Assembly (NCBI GenBank): GCA_034428515.1
Contig: DAOUHQ010000007.1
Span: 6,258-70,257, forward strand
Length of the DNA: 64,000 bases
From: Dehalococcoidia bacterium
GTDB lineage: Bacteria > Chloroflexota > Dehalococcoidia > UBA6926
Direction: 5' to 3'
A model generated the notes under the pieces. That model was not told where the DNA came from. It was given only the letters and a program-made list of their open reading frames with translations, and did no database searches. Shown here piece after piece: positions 1-10,489 of this stretch. Made by a program: the position numbers and the translations under genes. How positions within the stretch are numbered: position 1 is the stretch's first letter; the number at the start of each line of letters is the position of its first letter.

Positions 1-384
1 GTCGCGTTCCTTCTCGATCTCCTCTGCCGGGAACGTCGAATTCAACAGCATGTCCGACAGAATATCGATGCCGATGGACAGGTGCGGTCGTGCCACGCGT
101 GCCCAATAGACCGTCACCTCACGGTCCGTGCTTGCGTTCATGAACCCGCCAACGCGTTCGATGGTCTCGGATACGTCCTGCGCCAACGGACGCCGCTCTG
201 TCCCTTTGAACAGGATGTGCTCCAGGAAATGCGACGCACCGGACTCAGCCTCATGCTCAAATCGGGAGCCGGTGCCGACGTAAAAGGCAATTGAAACTGC
301 TCGAGTGGCCGGCATCGATGCCGTAAGCAGGCGGATGCCGTTTGGCAGAACGCTCTTTGTATACGGAGCAAGCGCCTCCGTCAT
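1..384 (-). CDS. M16 family zinc peptidase (pitrilysin-like), N-terminal part; runs off window start
   Basis: Minus-strand translation gives MTEALAPYTKSVLPNGIRLLTASMP...GASHFLEHILFKGTERR...LSDMLLNSTFPAEEIEKERD; HxxEH inverted zinc motif; ATG at 384..382. Confidence 0.6.
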   Translation of the reverse strand, partial: MTEALAPYTKSVLPNGIRLLTASMPATRAVSIAFYVGTGSRFEHEAESGASHFLEHILFKGTERRPLAQDVSETIERVGGFMNASTDREVTVYWARVARPHLSIGIDILSDMLLNSTFPAEEIEKERD

Positions 385-449
385 CGTGTATCCGCCAATG
401 GTGGTGGACGTTGGGAGGGCGCGAGTTCCGCCGTCCCCCTGCGCGCCGG

Positions 450-1094
450 TCACGATTCCAGCCACAGCACGTCGCCGTGCAGATCATCAGCATGCGGCTT
501 GGCCGCAAACACCGCGTACTCCGCCTTGCTCTCGCCTATCGTCGTTCCCGCACCGTGGCCGGGGTAGACGATGGTCTCATCGGGACGCACATACAACTTC
601 GTGGTGATACTCGTGATTTCTTCACGCAGGTTTTCAGGACTTCGTGAATGTCCGGGCCCGCCCGGGAAAAGAGTATCCCCCGTGAAGAGATGTTGCCCCG
701 TGATGTAACAAGCGCTCCCCGGCGTGTGCCCCGGCGTGGTGATGACCCGCAGGGGCGCAGTCCCAATCTGAAGCGTATCGCCGTCATCCAGAAGCAGAGT
801 GGGGGAGACGGGGAGATCGCCCGCATCGCCCGGTGTCGCCGCGACGATAGCGTTGGGCAGTGCCTTAGACACCTCCTCCAACGCCCCCCAATGATCGGAG
901 TGCCCGTGCGTGGTGAGGATGTAGAGAACGTCGAGACCCGCGACAGCGTCAAGAATCTGTGCGGCGTCCGCTGCCGCGTCAATGATCGCTGCTGCATTCC
1001 GCAGCGGATCGACCACCACGTAGCAGTTATTTCCCCAACTACCAACCTCCATGCTGAAGATCCGCAGATCCATCTCACTATGCGTCAGCGTCAT
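450..1094 (-). CDS. MBL-fold metallo-hydrolase (glyoxalase II-like)
   Basis: 214 aa; canonical THGHSDH metal motif; TPGHTPGS motif; GDTLF motif. Confidence 0.75.
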   Translation of the reverse strand: MTLTHSEMDLRIFSMEVGSWGNNCYVVVDPLRNAAAIIDAAADAAQILDAVAGLDVLYILTTHGHSDHWGALEEVSKALPNAIVAATPGDAGDLPVSPTLLLDDGDTLQIGTAPLRVITTPGHTPGSACYITGQHLFTGDTLFPGGPGHSRSPENLREEITSITTKLYVRPDETIVYPGHGAGTTIGESKAEYAVFAAKPHADDLHGDVLWLES

Positions 1095-1222
1095 TCCTGA
1101 ATCTCCCGTCAGTTCATCACCCGCGTTGACACCTGTAACCGCGCTTTCTTAGGATTCTTGCACGCCACGCCCAAAATTGCGCGTGTACGATTCGCCAATG
1201 CTCGCCGGCACGGAGGAATCTC

Positions 1223-2065
1223 ATGACCACTGAAGTCGCCAGCGGCGTCGTTGCCATCACCCTGCGCCCCGACGATGACGACTCCCCCCACGTTTACTGG
1301 GTGAGAGGCGAGACCGGCGGCGCGCTTATCGACGCCGGCCACGACGAGGACGAGGTCTCCCAACGCGTCGTAGAAGCCATAAACGCCATCCGCGGAGACG
1401 CCCCTACGCCCGCCGTCCTCCTTATCACGGACCGCTTTGGGGAACACAGCGGAGGCGCGGCCGCCATTCACGCAGCCTTCCCCGGAATCGAAGTCCACGC
1501 CGGCGTAGAGGACGTAGACGCCATCACGGAAGCCATCGGCCATGTCGTGGACGCGCCTCTCATGGGCGGTGAGACATTTGACCTTGGCAGCGGAAAGACT
1601 ATCCACGCAATCGCCACGCCGGGCCACGTCGGCGGCAGCATGTGCTACATCCTCCAACCCGACGGCGTGCTATTCAGCGGCGACTGTGTCTTGAGCCGGG
1701 GCACGACTGCCGTTCATCTCGATCAGGGCGGCGACATGGCCGCCTACGTCAACTCTCTACAGAAACTCGCCGAGCAGAACGCGAATATTCTGCTGTCTTT
1801 CCATGGCCCGCCCGTCACGGATCCGGCCGCCAAACTCGCAGAGCTCATCGGGCACCGAAACTCCCGCGATGAGTCCATCCTGGAATACCTGCGCGACGGC
1901 GTTACGGAGGTGGACGCGATGCGTGATCGTCTCTACGGAGCGGCCAACCTTGAAGAATGGCGATGGAACGCCGCCCGCGAGCAGATCATCGCCCATCTCA
2001 TTAAACTCACCGCCGAAGGCAAGGCCGCCGAAGTCGACGTGGGCAACTCCTACCGCCTGGCCTAG
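1223..2065 (+). CDS. MBL-fold protein with degenerate motif II (TDRFGEH instead of THxHxDH)
   Basis: 280 aa; MBL architecture (LIDAG, TPGHVGGS, SGD, HG) but first His pair replaced. Confidence 0.6.
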   Translation: MTTEVASGVVAITLRPDDDDSPHVYWVRGETGGALIDAGHDEDEVSQRVVEAINAIRGDAPTPAVLLITDRFGEHSGGAAAIHAAFPGIEVHAGVEDVDAITEAIGHVVDAPLMGGETFDLGSGKTIHAIATPGHVGGSMCYILQPDGVLFSGDCVLSRGTTAVHLDQGGDMAAYVNSLQKLAEQNANILLSFHGPPVTDPAAKLAELIGHRNSRDESILEYLRDGVTEVDAMRDRLYGAANLEEWRWNAAREQIIAHLIKLTAEGKAAEVDVGNSYRLA

Positions 2066-2128
2066 TTATCCTGTACAGAGCAACTTGTTTCGAAATGCGG
2101 TATTCACTAGCGAGAGGAACTACTACGA

Positions 2129-3448
2129 ATGAGAGGAACTGACGCCCTACCGGTCTTCCCGGACTCCGCCAAGGCTCTCCCCAACGGCCACCTTGAGATT
2201 GCCGGCCTCGATGCCGTTGAACTCGCCCGTGAACAGGGCACACCGCTGTATGTGTTTGACGAGGCTGAACTGCGTGATTCTGCACGCCGCTACCGCACGG
2301 CCCTTGATACCCACTACCCCGGCGAAAGCTCCATCATCTACGCTTCCAAGGCCTTCTCCAACGTCGCCCTCTTCCGTTTGCTTGCAGAGGAGGGTGTCGG
2401 ATTCGATGTGGTCAGCGGCGGCGAATTGGCAACAACGCAGGCCGCGGGCGTCGACCCCGCGAACGTCCACTTTCACGGCAATAACAAAGGGGCGGAGGAA
2501 TTAGAAAGGGCCGTCGAGTCCGGCATCGGCGCAATCGTCGTGGACAACCTCCATGAGCTAGCTTTGCTCGAATCCATCCTTGAGCGGCTGGGGAAAACTC
2601 AGAGCATCTCGTTCCGCGTCTCCCCCGGCGTCGATCCCCATACCCACGCCCACACCACAACCGGTGTGCTCGACAGCAAGTTCGGACTCGCCATTCAAAC
2701 GGGGCAGGCGGAGGAGGCCATCGCCCGTGCCATGCAGTCATCGCGGCTCGACGTTGCCGGTCTCCATTTCCACCTCGGCTCTCCCATCTTTGAACTCGAG
2801 CCGTACGAGGAGGCCATTCAGATCACAATGGAGTTCGCTGCGCAGATGAAAGAGAAGTACGGCTTCTCTATGCGCATGTTCAGTCCCGGCGGCGGATTTG
2901 CCGTCAACTACCTCACAACGGACGAAGCCCCGGCCCCGGACACCTACATCTCCACCATCTCAAAGGCCATCATCCAGGGCTGTGATGTCCACGGACTTGA
3001 ACTTCCTGCAATCTCCATCGAACCCGGCCGCTCCATGGTAGGAACGGCGGGTGTCGCGCTTTACACCGTCGGAGCGACCAAGCTGCTGCCGGACATCCGC
3101 ACCTACGTCTCCGTCGACGGCGGCATGGGTGACAATATCCGCCCCGCCATCTACGGCTCGGAATATGAGGCCGTCCTCGCCTCACGCATGGCGGACGCAG
3201 AGGAAATCACGGTGACCATTGCGGGCAAGTACTGCGAGTCCGGGGATATCCTTGTCCGTGACTGCTCCCTGCCGACGCCCGTCGCCGGGGACATCCTTGC
3301 CATTCCAGTGTCCGGCGCGTACTGCATCGCAATGTCGTCCACGTACAACGCCAATCCCCGCCCGGAGGTTGTTCTCGTCTCCAACGGAGATGTCCGCACC
3401 ATCCGCCGCCGCGAAACCTACGAAGACCTTATGCGCCTCGATGTCTAA
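2129..3448 (+). CDS. lysA: diaminopimelate decarboxylase
   Basis: 439 aa; PLP fold-III decarboxylase motifs (YASKAF, GGGF, CESGD); typical length. Confidence 0.9.
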   Translation: MRGTDALPVFPDSAKALPNGHLEIAGLDAVELAREQGTPLYVFDEAELRDSARRYRTALDTHYPGESSIIYASKAFSNVALFRLLAEEGVGFDVVSGGELATTQAAGVDPANVHFHGNNKGAEELERAVESGIGAIVVDNLHELALLESILERLGKTQSISFRVSPGVDPHTHAHTTTGVLDSKFGLAIQTGQAEEAIARAMQSSRLDVAGLHFHLGSPIFELEPYEEAIQITMEFAAQMKEKYGFSMRMFSPGGGFAVNYLTTDEAPAPDTYISTISKAIIQGCDVHGLELPAISIEPGRSMVGTAGVALYTVGATKLLPDIRTYVSVDGGMGDNIRPAIYGSEYEAVLASRMADAEEITVTIAGKYCESGDILVRDCSLPTPVAGDILAIPVSGAYCIAMSSTYNANPRPEVVLVSNGDVRTIRRRETYEDLMRLDV

Positions 3449-3464
3449 CCCACCTGCCCTAACT

Positions 3465-3505
3465 GCCATTTCCCTCATTCCGGCGAAAGCCGGAATCCAT
3501 CGGGG
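3465..3505. repeat. REP-like palindromic element, variant B (core ATTCCGGCGAAAGCCGGAAT)
   Basis: Intergenic lysA/holB; same consensus as copies at 26745, 26800, 33834, 48494, 62632. Confidence 0.55.
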
Positions 3506-3565
3506 CACATGTCCTGAATAACAGCAAAACAATGAAACGCTCTCTAAGCCGGAACGGCCTTTAAA

Positions 3566-4540
3566 ATGCCTTGGACAGTTCCCGCCGATGAGGACGCCAT
3601 CGCCCTCCTCGACCGCAGCATCCAGCAGGGGAGACTTGCACACGCCTGGCTGCTGACCGGCCCAGCCGGAGTTGGGGGACTGGCCCTCGCCCGCGAATTC
3701 GCGAAGGCGCTCTTGTGTGATGCTGAGCAGGGCAGGCCGTGCGATGAGTGCCGCCAGTGCCGGCGCGTCGACAGCGGTCACCACGCGGACGTCATGGTCA
3801 TCTCGGCCACAGGTACAGGGTCCATCGGCATTGAGGCGGCGCGTGATTTGCAGGCCGCTGCCAACCTCCAGCCATATGAGGCATCAGGCCGCGTCATCAT
3901 CATCGACGATGCCGACACCCTGACCCGCGAAGCGGCGAACGCTCTTCTCAAGGTCCTGGAGGAGCCTCATCCGAACGTTACCCTCATCCTCGTAACGGCC
4001 AATGATGAGGCGATTCTCGATACCATCCGCTCCCGCTGCCAGATTGTACCGCTCCGCCCGATCCCGTTTGAGCAGGTTGCGGAGGCGTTGCGAGAGAGTG
4101 GCGCAGACGACGATGACGCAAACCGCCTCGCAAAGCTCTCAGGTGGCCGCCTCGAATACGCGCTCAGCCTCCTGGCCGATGCCGCCCCGTTGGATGCCCG
4201 TCGTGCCGCCCTCGATGAAATCCTTGCCGTTCGCGGAGAGCCTGTCGCCGACCGTCTCCGCCGTGCCGGCAAGATGGGCGATGACTTTTACGCGGACCGC
4301 CAGCGCCTGCTGGGGCGGCTAGAGGCGTGGGCGTCTATATGGCGAGATGCGCTGGTCGTCGCGGCGGGTTCTCCGGAGGACGTAACAGATCCCGAAAGTC
4401 TTGAACGGGTGCGCGAAATCGGCGTCACCCTGAAGGAAGCCCAATCGGCCCTGACCGAGACCCTCTTCACCGCACAGGCCCTGCGCCAGAACGCCAACGC
4501 CCGCCTCGCCCTGGAAGCCTACCTGCTCTCCCTGCCGTAG
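3566..4540 (+). CDS. holB: DNA polymerase III delta' subunit
   Basis: 324 aa; Walker A-like GPAGVG, zinc module CDECRQCRR, SRCQ motif. Confidence 0.8.
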   Translation: MPWTVPADEDAIALLDRSIQQGRLAHAWLLTGPAGVGGLALAREFAKALLCDAEQGRPCDECRQCRRVDSGHHADVMVISATGTGSIGIEAARDLQAAANLQPYEASGRVIIIDDADTLTREAANALLKVLEEPHPNVTLILVTANDEAILDTIRSRCQIVPLRPIPFEQVAEALRESGADDDDANRLAKLSGGRLEYALSLLADAAPLDARRAALDEILAVRGEPVADRLRRAGKMGDDFYADRQRLLGRLEAWASIWRDALVVAAGSPEDVTDPESLERVREIGVTLKEAQSALTETLFTAQALRQNANARLALEAYLLSLP

Positions 4541-4675
4541 CCTCTCCACAGGGAGAAGTGGGGACTCCCCCCATTCCATAGCTGGCTACATTGTGGTAAA
4601 CTAGGCGTTGGTGTGTTGGCGCGCGGGATAGTAGCAGATATGTGAACTGTACCTCACTGCTTTCCCCGCGCTGCG

Positions 4676-4729
4676 CTGCCCCCTCTCATTCGAGGCCGAG
4701 CGAATGTCAGGGGGTAGCGTCTTTTTGGG
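4676..4729. terminator. putative bidirectional intrinsic terminator between convergent holB and trpB
   Basis: Imperfect stem CCCCCTCTCATTC/GAATGTCAGGGGG followed by TAGCGTCTTTTT on + strand. Confidence 0.4.
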
Positions 4730-4730
4730 A

Positions 4731-5948
4731 CTAGGTTTGGTCCAGTTCGATGCCCAGCGCACCGGTCACAGTCGCCAGATCCTTGTCACCCCGACCGCTC
4801 AAATTCACCAGGATGATGTCCTCACTTGATAGCGTTGCGGCCAGACGTGCCGCCTCAAAGATGGCGTGCGATGACTCCAACGCAGGGATGATTCCCTCCG
4901 TTCGGGCCAGCATCTTGAACCCCTCCAGCGCCTCCGTGTCCGTCACACTCGTGAATGTGGCGCGCCCGGTGTCCTGGTAGTAGGAAAGCTCCGGCCCCAC
5001 ACCGGGGTAGTCCAGGCCGGCGGAGATGCTGTGCGTCTCCGTCACCTGCCCCCACTCATCCTGGAGCACCTGCGAGAACGACCCGTGCAGCACACCCGGC
5101 TTGCCTGCACCGAGGCTGGCGCTGTGCTCGCCGGTATCAATGCCATGCCCCGCAGCCTCCACGCCGACCATCGCAACGTCTGAGTCGCCATAGAACGCGT
5201 GGAACAGCCCCATCGCGTTGCTTCCGCCGCCCACGCACGCCACCAGGTGCGTCGGCAGTCGTCCCTCTACGTCCAGCATCTGCTCGCGAGCCTCTTGCCC
5301 GATGACTGACTGAAAGTCGCGCACGAGAACAGGGTAAGGATGAGGCCCGACGACGCTGCCAATGACGTAATACGTGTTTGACACGTTCGTCACCCAGTCG
5401 CGCATCGCCTCGTTCACCGCGTCCTTGAGCGTTCGAGAACCGGACGTCACAGACACAACGTCCGCCCCAAGCAGACGCATTCGGAATACGTTAGGCGCCT
5501 GCCGGTGAATATCTTCTTCGCCCATATAAACGACGCATTCAAGCCCCAACAGCGCGCACACGGTAGCCGTCGCAACTCCGTGCTGCCCCGCGCCCGTCTC
5601 CGCGATGATCCGCGTCTTGCCCATGCGCTGAGCCAGCAGAACCTGGCCAAGGGCGTTGTTGATCTTGTGCGCGCCTGTATGCGCCAGATCCTCTCGCTTG
5701 AGATAGATGCGAGCGCCCCCGCTTTGCCCCGTCAGCCGCTCGGCCAGCGTTAGAGGGGTAGGGCGGCCTGCGTAGGTTCGTGAGAGATGATCCAGCCGTG
5801 AGAGGAACTCCGAATCCTCGCGGGCCGCAGCGTACGACTCCTCAAGCTCAGTGACCGCTGCCATCAGCGTCTCCGGCACGTAACGCCCGCCGAATTGCCC
5901 AAAGCGGCCCGGCGCTTCCGCGTCTGCTCCCGTCTTGACAATGGTCAT
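4731..5948 (-). CDS. trpB: tryptophan synthase beta chain
   Basis: 405 aa; PLP-lysine motif [13 protein letters not shown]; 4-nt ATGA overlap with trpF. Confidence 0.95.
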   Translation of the reverse strand: MTIVKTGADAEAPGRFGQFGGRYVPETLMAAVTELEESYAAAREDSEFLSRLDHLSRTYAGRPTPLTLAERLTGQSGGARIYLKREDLAHTGAHKINNALGQVLLAQRMGKTRIIAETGAGQHGVATATVCALLGLECVVYMGEEDIHRQAPNVFRMRLLGADVVSVTSGSRTLKDAVNEAMRDWVTNVSNTYYVIGSVVGPHPYPVLVRDFQSVIGQEAREQMLDVEGRLPTHLVACVGGGSNAMGLFHAFYGDSDVAMVGVEAAGHGIDTGEHSASLGAGKPGVLHGSFSQVLQDEWGQVTETHSISAGLDYPGVGPELSYYQDTGRATFTSVTDTEALEGFKMLARTEGIIPALESSHAIFEAARLAATLSSEDIILVNLSGRGDKDLATVTGALGIELDQT

Positions 5949-6640
5949 CGCGTTGTCCCGCCACCCGTGCGCGCTCCCACGGAGTTCGTGGACGCTCGCC
6001 GCGCTTCATAGACAAATCGTCCCACCTTGGCGGGATCCTTCACCCGGTCGGTTTCTACACCACTCGAAACGTCCACGCCCCATGGGCGAACTGAGCGAAT
6101 CGCCTCACCGACGTTTCCCGGTCCAAGTCCGCCTGCCAGGATGAACGAGTACCGTCGCGCCAGCCGCTCCGCCAGCGCAAAATCGAGGCTGACGCCGGCG
6201 CCGCCCGGCTCACCTTCCACGTGCGGTTCAATCAGGCTCAACGAGCCGGTGCGCTGCATGAACTCAGCAACGATTTCCAACTCGTCCTCAACCTGCTCCG
6301 GAGTCAGGGCTGAGGATATGCGCCGACAGATAATGAGCGGCCTCTCCATCTGCTCCCAATAGTCTGGCGTTTCTGTGCCGTGTAGCTGAATCATGTCCAG
6401 GCCAACTGTTTCCGCCGTGGCATTCACTTCCTCAACGGGCTGATCAACAAATACACCCACGACGGTCGGCACGTGATCCGCCTCGCCCCGCAGCGTGGCA
6501 ACGATTTCCTTTGCATATTCCACTGGGATGCGCCGCCATGCGTCGGCGAAGATGATGCCCAATAGGTCAGCTCCCGCGTCGGCGGCGTTGATCAGATCGG
6601 TTGCTGACCGGTTGCCGCACATTTTGATAGCGAGGCCCAT
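5945..6640 (-). CDS. trpF: phosphoribosylanthranilate isomerase
   Basis: 231 aa; [12 protein letters not shown] start typical of PRAI; overlaps trpC stop. Confidence 0.85.
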   Translation of the reverse strand: MGLAIKMCGNRSATDLINAADAGADLLGIIFADAWRRIPVEYAKEIVATLRGEADHVPTVVGVFVDQPVEEVNATAETVGLDMIQLHGTETPDYWEQMERPLIICRRISSALTPEQVEDELEIVAEFMQRTGSLSLIEPHVEGEPGGAGVSLDFALAERLARRYSFILAGGLGPGNVGEAIRSVRPWGVDVSSGVETDRVKDPAKVGRFVYEARRASTNSVGARTGGGTTR

Positions 6641-7629
6641 CAGCCGCCCCGTGGCCCGAATGGCCCAAGATCGCCCGGCATCCCGGGAAAGCGCGGCGGC
6701 CCAAACCCGCCAATGCCCGGCACTCCGCCGCCCGGCGTTGGGTAGCTCTGTCCCGGCACGTTTCCAAACCCGGGAATAGACTGCTCAATGGCATCCCTTG
6801 GCACGTTCGTCTCCATGCCGGTCAGACGCGGAATGCGGACAGAACTTAACTCCTGGACCTTCGTCGCCGTGTCGTCAGCGGTAATTAGCGCCTCGCCCAC
6901 GAGTATCGCGTCCGCGCCGGCGGCCCTCATGCTGCGCGCATCCTCAATCGAAGAAACGCCGCTTTCGGCAATAACGCGCGTGCTGCCGCCAACTCTCGGC
7001 GCAAGGCCGTGTGTCGTGTTCAGATCCGTCTCAAACGTGCGCAAATCGCGGTTGTTGATTCCCAGCAGGCGCGGCTTGATGTCGAGCGCGCGATACAGTT
7101 CCAACTCGTCATGCGTTTCAATCAACGCAGCCATGCCCAGTTCGTCCGCCAAGCCCTGATAATCCTGCAACTGCATATCTGACAAGCTGATGACGAGCAG
7201 CAGGATCGCGTCAGCGCCCCACACCCTTGCCTCGTAAATCATGTACTCGTCGATGACAAAGTCCTTGCGCAATATCGGCGTACCTGATTCTGCCGTCACT
7301 TCCCACACGGCCTTGAGATCGTCCAGCGATCCCTTGAAGAACGGCCTGTCCGTGAGTACGGAAAGCGCCGACGCCCCGTTATCGATGTAGACGCGGGCAA
7401 GCTCTGCGGCGTCAATGTCCGGTGCAAGATCACCCTTTGACGGCGACGCCCGCTTGACCTCAGCAATCAGATGCAGCCGGTCCTCCGAGAACGCGTCGTA
7501 GTAGCTGCGCGTTTCCTCAGCGTCTTTGGCACGCGCCTTGACCTCGTTGAGAGGCTGCGACGACATGCGGTCATTAAGATCATCCCGCGTCTGCGGCAGG
7601 ATTTTGTCGAGATAGGTGCCTGTCGTCAT
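6640..7629 (-). CDS. trpC: indole-3-glycerol phosphate synthase with ~60-aa Gly/Pro-rich C-terminal tail
   Basis: 329 aa; IGPS core (IAEVKRASPSKG, LLIxxL, NNRDL) then ...PGFGNVPGQSYPTPGGGVPGIGGFGPPRFPGMPGDLGPFGPRGG. Confidence 0.85.
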   Translation of the reverse strand: MTTGTYLDKILPQTRDDLNDRMSSQPLNEVKARAKDAEETRSYYDAFSEDRLHLIAEVKRASPSKGDLAPDIDAAELARVYIDNGASALSVLTDRPFFKGSLDDLKAVWEVTAESGTPILRKDFVIDEYMIYEARVWGADAILLLVISLSDMQLQDYQGLADELGMAALIETHDELELYRALDIKPRLLGINNRDLRTFETDLNTTHGLAPRVGGSTRVIAESGVSSIEDARSMRAAGADAILVGEALITADDTATKVQELSSVRIPRLTGMETNVPRDAIEQSIPGFGNVPGQSYPTPGGGVPGIGGFGPPRFPGMPGDLGPFGPRGG

Positions 7630-7706
7630 TCCGAGCGTTCCTTGCTTATTGCGTGGGCAAGACTATAATGCCATTCATTGCGGCCTGATGCCGCCAAGGA
7701 GGTTCC

Positions 7707-7898
7707 ATGTCCAATTGGGACATGTTTCATCTGAACACGCCAGACCCCCAAGAGGCGGTGCAGAAGCACAGGGAGACGCACGATGGTCACCGGCGTCCGG
7801 TTACCCTCGAGCGCGCCCTCGTCTACTTGGCAATCGTTGCGGGTATCTCCGCGTTGCCCGTCATCGTGCTCCTCATGTACGGCGCGCGAGCCGCGTAA
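7707..7898 (+). CDS. small hypothetical membrane protein (63 aa)
   Basis: AAGGAGG Shine-Dalgarno 6-7 nt upstream of ATG; C-terminal TM helix; lies in trpD-trpC gap on the opposite strand. Confidence 0.35.
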   Translation: MSNWDMFHLNTPDPQEAVQKHRETHDGHRRPVTLERALVYLAIVAGISALPVIVLLMYGARAA

Positions 7899-7929
7899 TC
7901 GCTTTCGTATCAGATCGACAGCGCGTTCC

Positions 7930-8076
7930 ATGTTTGACCAGGAACTACGGGAAGGCGAGCGCCGCAAGGACGGTGAAAGTTTCAAGAAGTTTCTAGGTCG
8001 GCGTTTGCTGGTGGCGGCAATCGTCCTCGGGAGCATCACAATACTCGTCTACTTATTGTTCAACGCGGTACCCTAG
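7930..8076 (+). CDS. small hypothetical membrane protein (48 aa)
   Basis: ATG ORF MFDQELREGERRKDGESFKKFLGRRLLVAAIVLGSITILVYLLFNAVP; single TM helix; weak support. Confidence 0.2.
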   Translation: MFDQELREGERRKDGESFKKFLGRRLLVAAIVLGSITILVYLLFNAVP

Positions 8077-8117
8077 GGTTCCCACCCAAACAGGAATCCA
8101 GAACCCTTCCGTGCTCC

Positions 8118-9131
8118 CTAAGCCTTGCTCGCCTCCACAAGCTTCTCTAGACGGTCACGCGCCGCGCCTGAATCAATAGACTCCCGCGCCGCCTCCAACC
8201 CTCCCGACAGGTCGTCTGCCGCCTCTCCGGCCACTAGCGCCGCTGCCGCGTTGATGAGCACGATATCGCGGTATGGCCCCGGCTCCCCGTTGAGCACGTT
8301 CATAAAGATGCGGTAACTGGACTCCACGTCCTCACTTCGTATCTGGTCGACGCCGGCATGGGCCAGCCCAAAATGTTCCGGCGAGATCTCTTGCACTGCC
8401 ACGGAGCCGTCACGATATTCCGCCATAATCGACGGCCCGCTCAGCGCAATCTCATCTAACCCGTCCGCGCCGTGCACGACGATGGCCCGCTTTGCGCCCA
8501 GTTCGCCCAGAACCTGAGCAATTGTCTCTACGAGTTCCGGGCGCGGCACACCGACGAGCTGATGCCCGGCATGCGCCGGATTAGTAAGCGGTCCCAGGAT
8601 GTTGAAAACGGTGCGAACGCCAATCTCCCGGCGCGGCCCTGCTGCGTGACGCATAGCAGGGTGGTACTTGGGCGCGAACATAAAGCCGATGCCAGCACTG
8701 TCGATGCAGTGCGCCACCTGCTCCGGTTCCAACTCGATGGTCACTCCCGCCGCCTCCAACACATCGGCAGAGCCGGACGCGGACGATGCGGCGCGGTTGC
8801 CGTGCTTGGCAACACGCAGCCCCGCCCCTGCGGCTACCAGGGCAGCCGTCGTTGAGATATTGAAGGTGTGGGAGGCGTCGCCGCCCGTCCCGCATGTATC
8901 CAGCAGAGAATCGGGGTCATCCACCTCGACGCGCAGCGCTCGTGCGCGCATCACCCGCGCCAGCCCCGCGATTTCGTCGACACCCTCGCCCTTCGTGCGG
9001 AGCGCCATGAGGAACGCGCCAAGCTGTGCCGGCGTTGCCTCGCCGTCCATAATTTCCGTCATCACCTGCTCGGCTTCCGCCTGAGAGATGCTGCGGCCCT
9101 CAATCAGGTGTGCAATCGCCTCTCGAATCAT
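8118..9131 (-). CDS. trpD: anthranilate phosphoribosyltransferase
   Basis: 337 aa; GTGGD motif; glycosyltransferase family 3 signature. Confidence 0.9.
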   Translation of the reverse strand: MIREAIAHLIEGRSISQAEAEQVMTEIMDGEATPAQLGAFLMALRTKGEGVDEIAGLARVMRARALRVEVDDPDSLLDTCGTGGDASHTFNISTTAALVAAGAGLRVAKHGNRAASSASGSADVLEAAGVTIELEPEQVAHCIDSAGIGFMFAPKYHPAMRHAAGPRREIGVRTVFNILGPLTNPAHAGHQLVGVPRPELVETIAQVLGELGAKRAIVVHGADGLDEIALSGPSIMAEYRDGSVAVQEISPEHFGLAHAGVDQIRSEDVESSYRIFMNVLNGEPGPYRDIVLINAAAALVAGEAADDLSGGLEAARESIDSGAARDRLEKLVEASKA

Positions 9132-9216
9132 CGGAAAAGCTCCATATCGTCCCTATCCCGGAGTTCGCTGCGAGCACATAATACTGTCTCGCCGTCGCAA
9201 TTCTGAACCGTGCCGC

Positions 9217-10476
9217 CTATTCCGTCGTGGCATACTCACGCGGCCGCTCCCACCGAGTGACCAAAGCGACGAACGCTGCGGACAGAACCAGCGCGGCACA
9301 GAAATAGAAGGTCGCCTTCAACGAGTATTCGTCCGCAAGGTAGCCTGCGACGAGAGGGGCGAACGATCCAACGAGCGTCGCGACGCCAAACACCAGCGAG
9401 ACTGTCGTCGACTGCACGTCCGAAGGCGCGAGGTCGGCGGCGGACGCGAGGAAAATAGCCATCATCGGGTAGAAGAACAGGCCGGCGCCGATGACCGTTG
9501 CGACAAGCGGCCAGCCGCCCGGTACTGTGCCAAGCAAGACATAAAAGACACCTAGGGAGGCCATAGCCGGGAACAGTACCGCTTTGCGCCCCCAACGATC
9601 CGACAAATACCCCATCGCAGGCTGTGATGCCAGCCCGGGCACGTTGAGAAGCGACAAATACAGGCCCACGACCTCCGGCTCGAGCGCGATGTCCTCACGC
9701 AGATAGACGGGCAGAAATGTATACATGGTGGCCTGAGCCCCTGCGAAGCCGCCGGTGAAGAGCAGCACAAGTAGCAGGCGCTTGTTGCTCAGGAGGCCGC
9801 GCACGCCGACGAAGTAGTCGCCGAATGACGCCGCCTGCCCAATGTCAGCGGGAATTCGTCGCAGGATCAACCAGACCGCAAATCCCAGGATGAGCCCGGG
9901 TATGATGGCGCCTTGCGAAATAAACTGCCATGTGAAAGCGCCGACTAGCACTCCGGCGATGAGAGGCCCCACCGCCTCGCCGACACTCCCTCCTGTCCCA
10001 TGCAGCGATATCGCGAACCCGCGGTTCGATGTGAATTGCCGCGAGAGCGAGCCGATGGCCGCGGGATGCCACAGTGAAATGGCCACGATCATTAGAGACG
10101 CAAATATGGTCATGAGCCAGAACGATGTAGTAATCCCAACCAGGAAATACGTGATACCGATTCCCGCTATGGAGATTCCGAGGACGATCGCTCGGAGATT
10201 CGTAAATCGGTCTGCTATGTACCCGGCCGGAAAGTTTGCCAGCCCTCCTGCCAGGAATCGCGACGTTGACAGGATGCCAACCTGCGTGTTCGTCAGGCCC
10301 AGTGTCGTCTTCATCTCCGGCAAGAGCACTGCAAATGCCGCATTCATCAGGTGCTTGATGCCGTGGCCCGTAACAGCGGTGATCAACAGCGTTCGCCGCT
10401 GCCCGCGCGTCAGTTCACGTTCGGCTGGCCCCGATGCTGAGGACCCGTCGCCCTGCTGTTGAATGTTCTGCGTCAA
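9217..10476 (-). CDS. MFS transporter embedded in trp operon
   Basis: 419 aa; 12 predicted TM helices; MFS-type loop motifs. Confidence 0.8.
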   Translation of the reverse strand: MTQNIQQQGDGSSASGPAERELTRGQRRTLLITAVTGHGIKHLMNAAFAVLLPEMKTTLGLTNTQVGILSTSRFLAGGLANFPAGYIADRFTNLRAIVLGISIAGIGITYFLVGITTSFWLMTIFASLMIVAISLWHPAAIGSLSRQFTSNRGFAISLHGTGGSVGEAVGPLIAGVLVGAFTWQFISQGAIIPGLILGFAVWLILRRIPADIGQAASFGDYFVGVRGLLSNKRLLLVLLFTGGFAGAQATMYTFLPVYLREDIALEPEVVGLYLSLLNVPGLASQPAMGYLSDRWGRKAVLFPAMASLGVFYVLLGTVPGGWPLVATVIGAGLFFYPMMAIFLASAADLAPSDVQSTTVSLVFGVATLVGSFAPLVAGYLADEYSLKATFYFCAALVLSAAFVALVTRWERPREYATTE

Positions 10477-10489
10477 CGTATCCTCGCGC

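Noticed and set aside
2066-2128. Possible lysine riboswitch upstream of lysA
   Set aside because: The spacer is only ~63 nt, too short for an L-box. No conserved L-box motifs seen.
7783-8076. 97-aa plus ORF in trpD-trpC gap
   Set aside because: The long version overlaps the better-supported 63-aa ORF. Only the short C-terminal ATG-initiated 48-aa TM peptide is kept, as a low-confidence feature.
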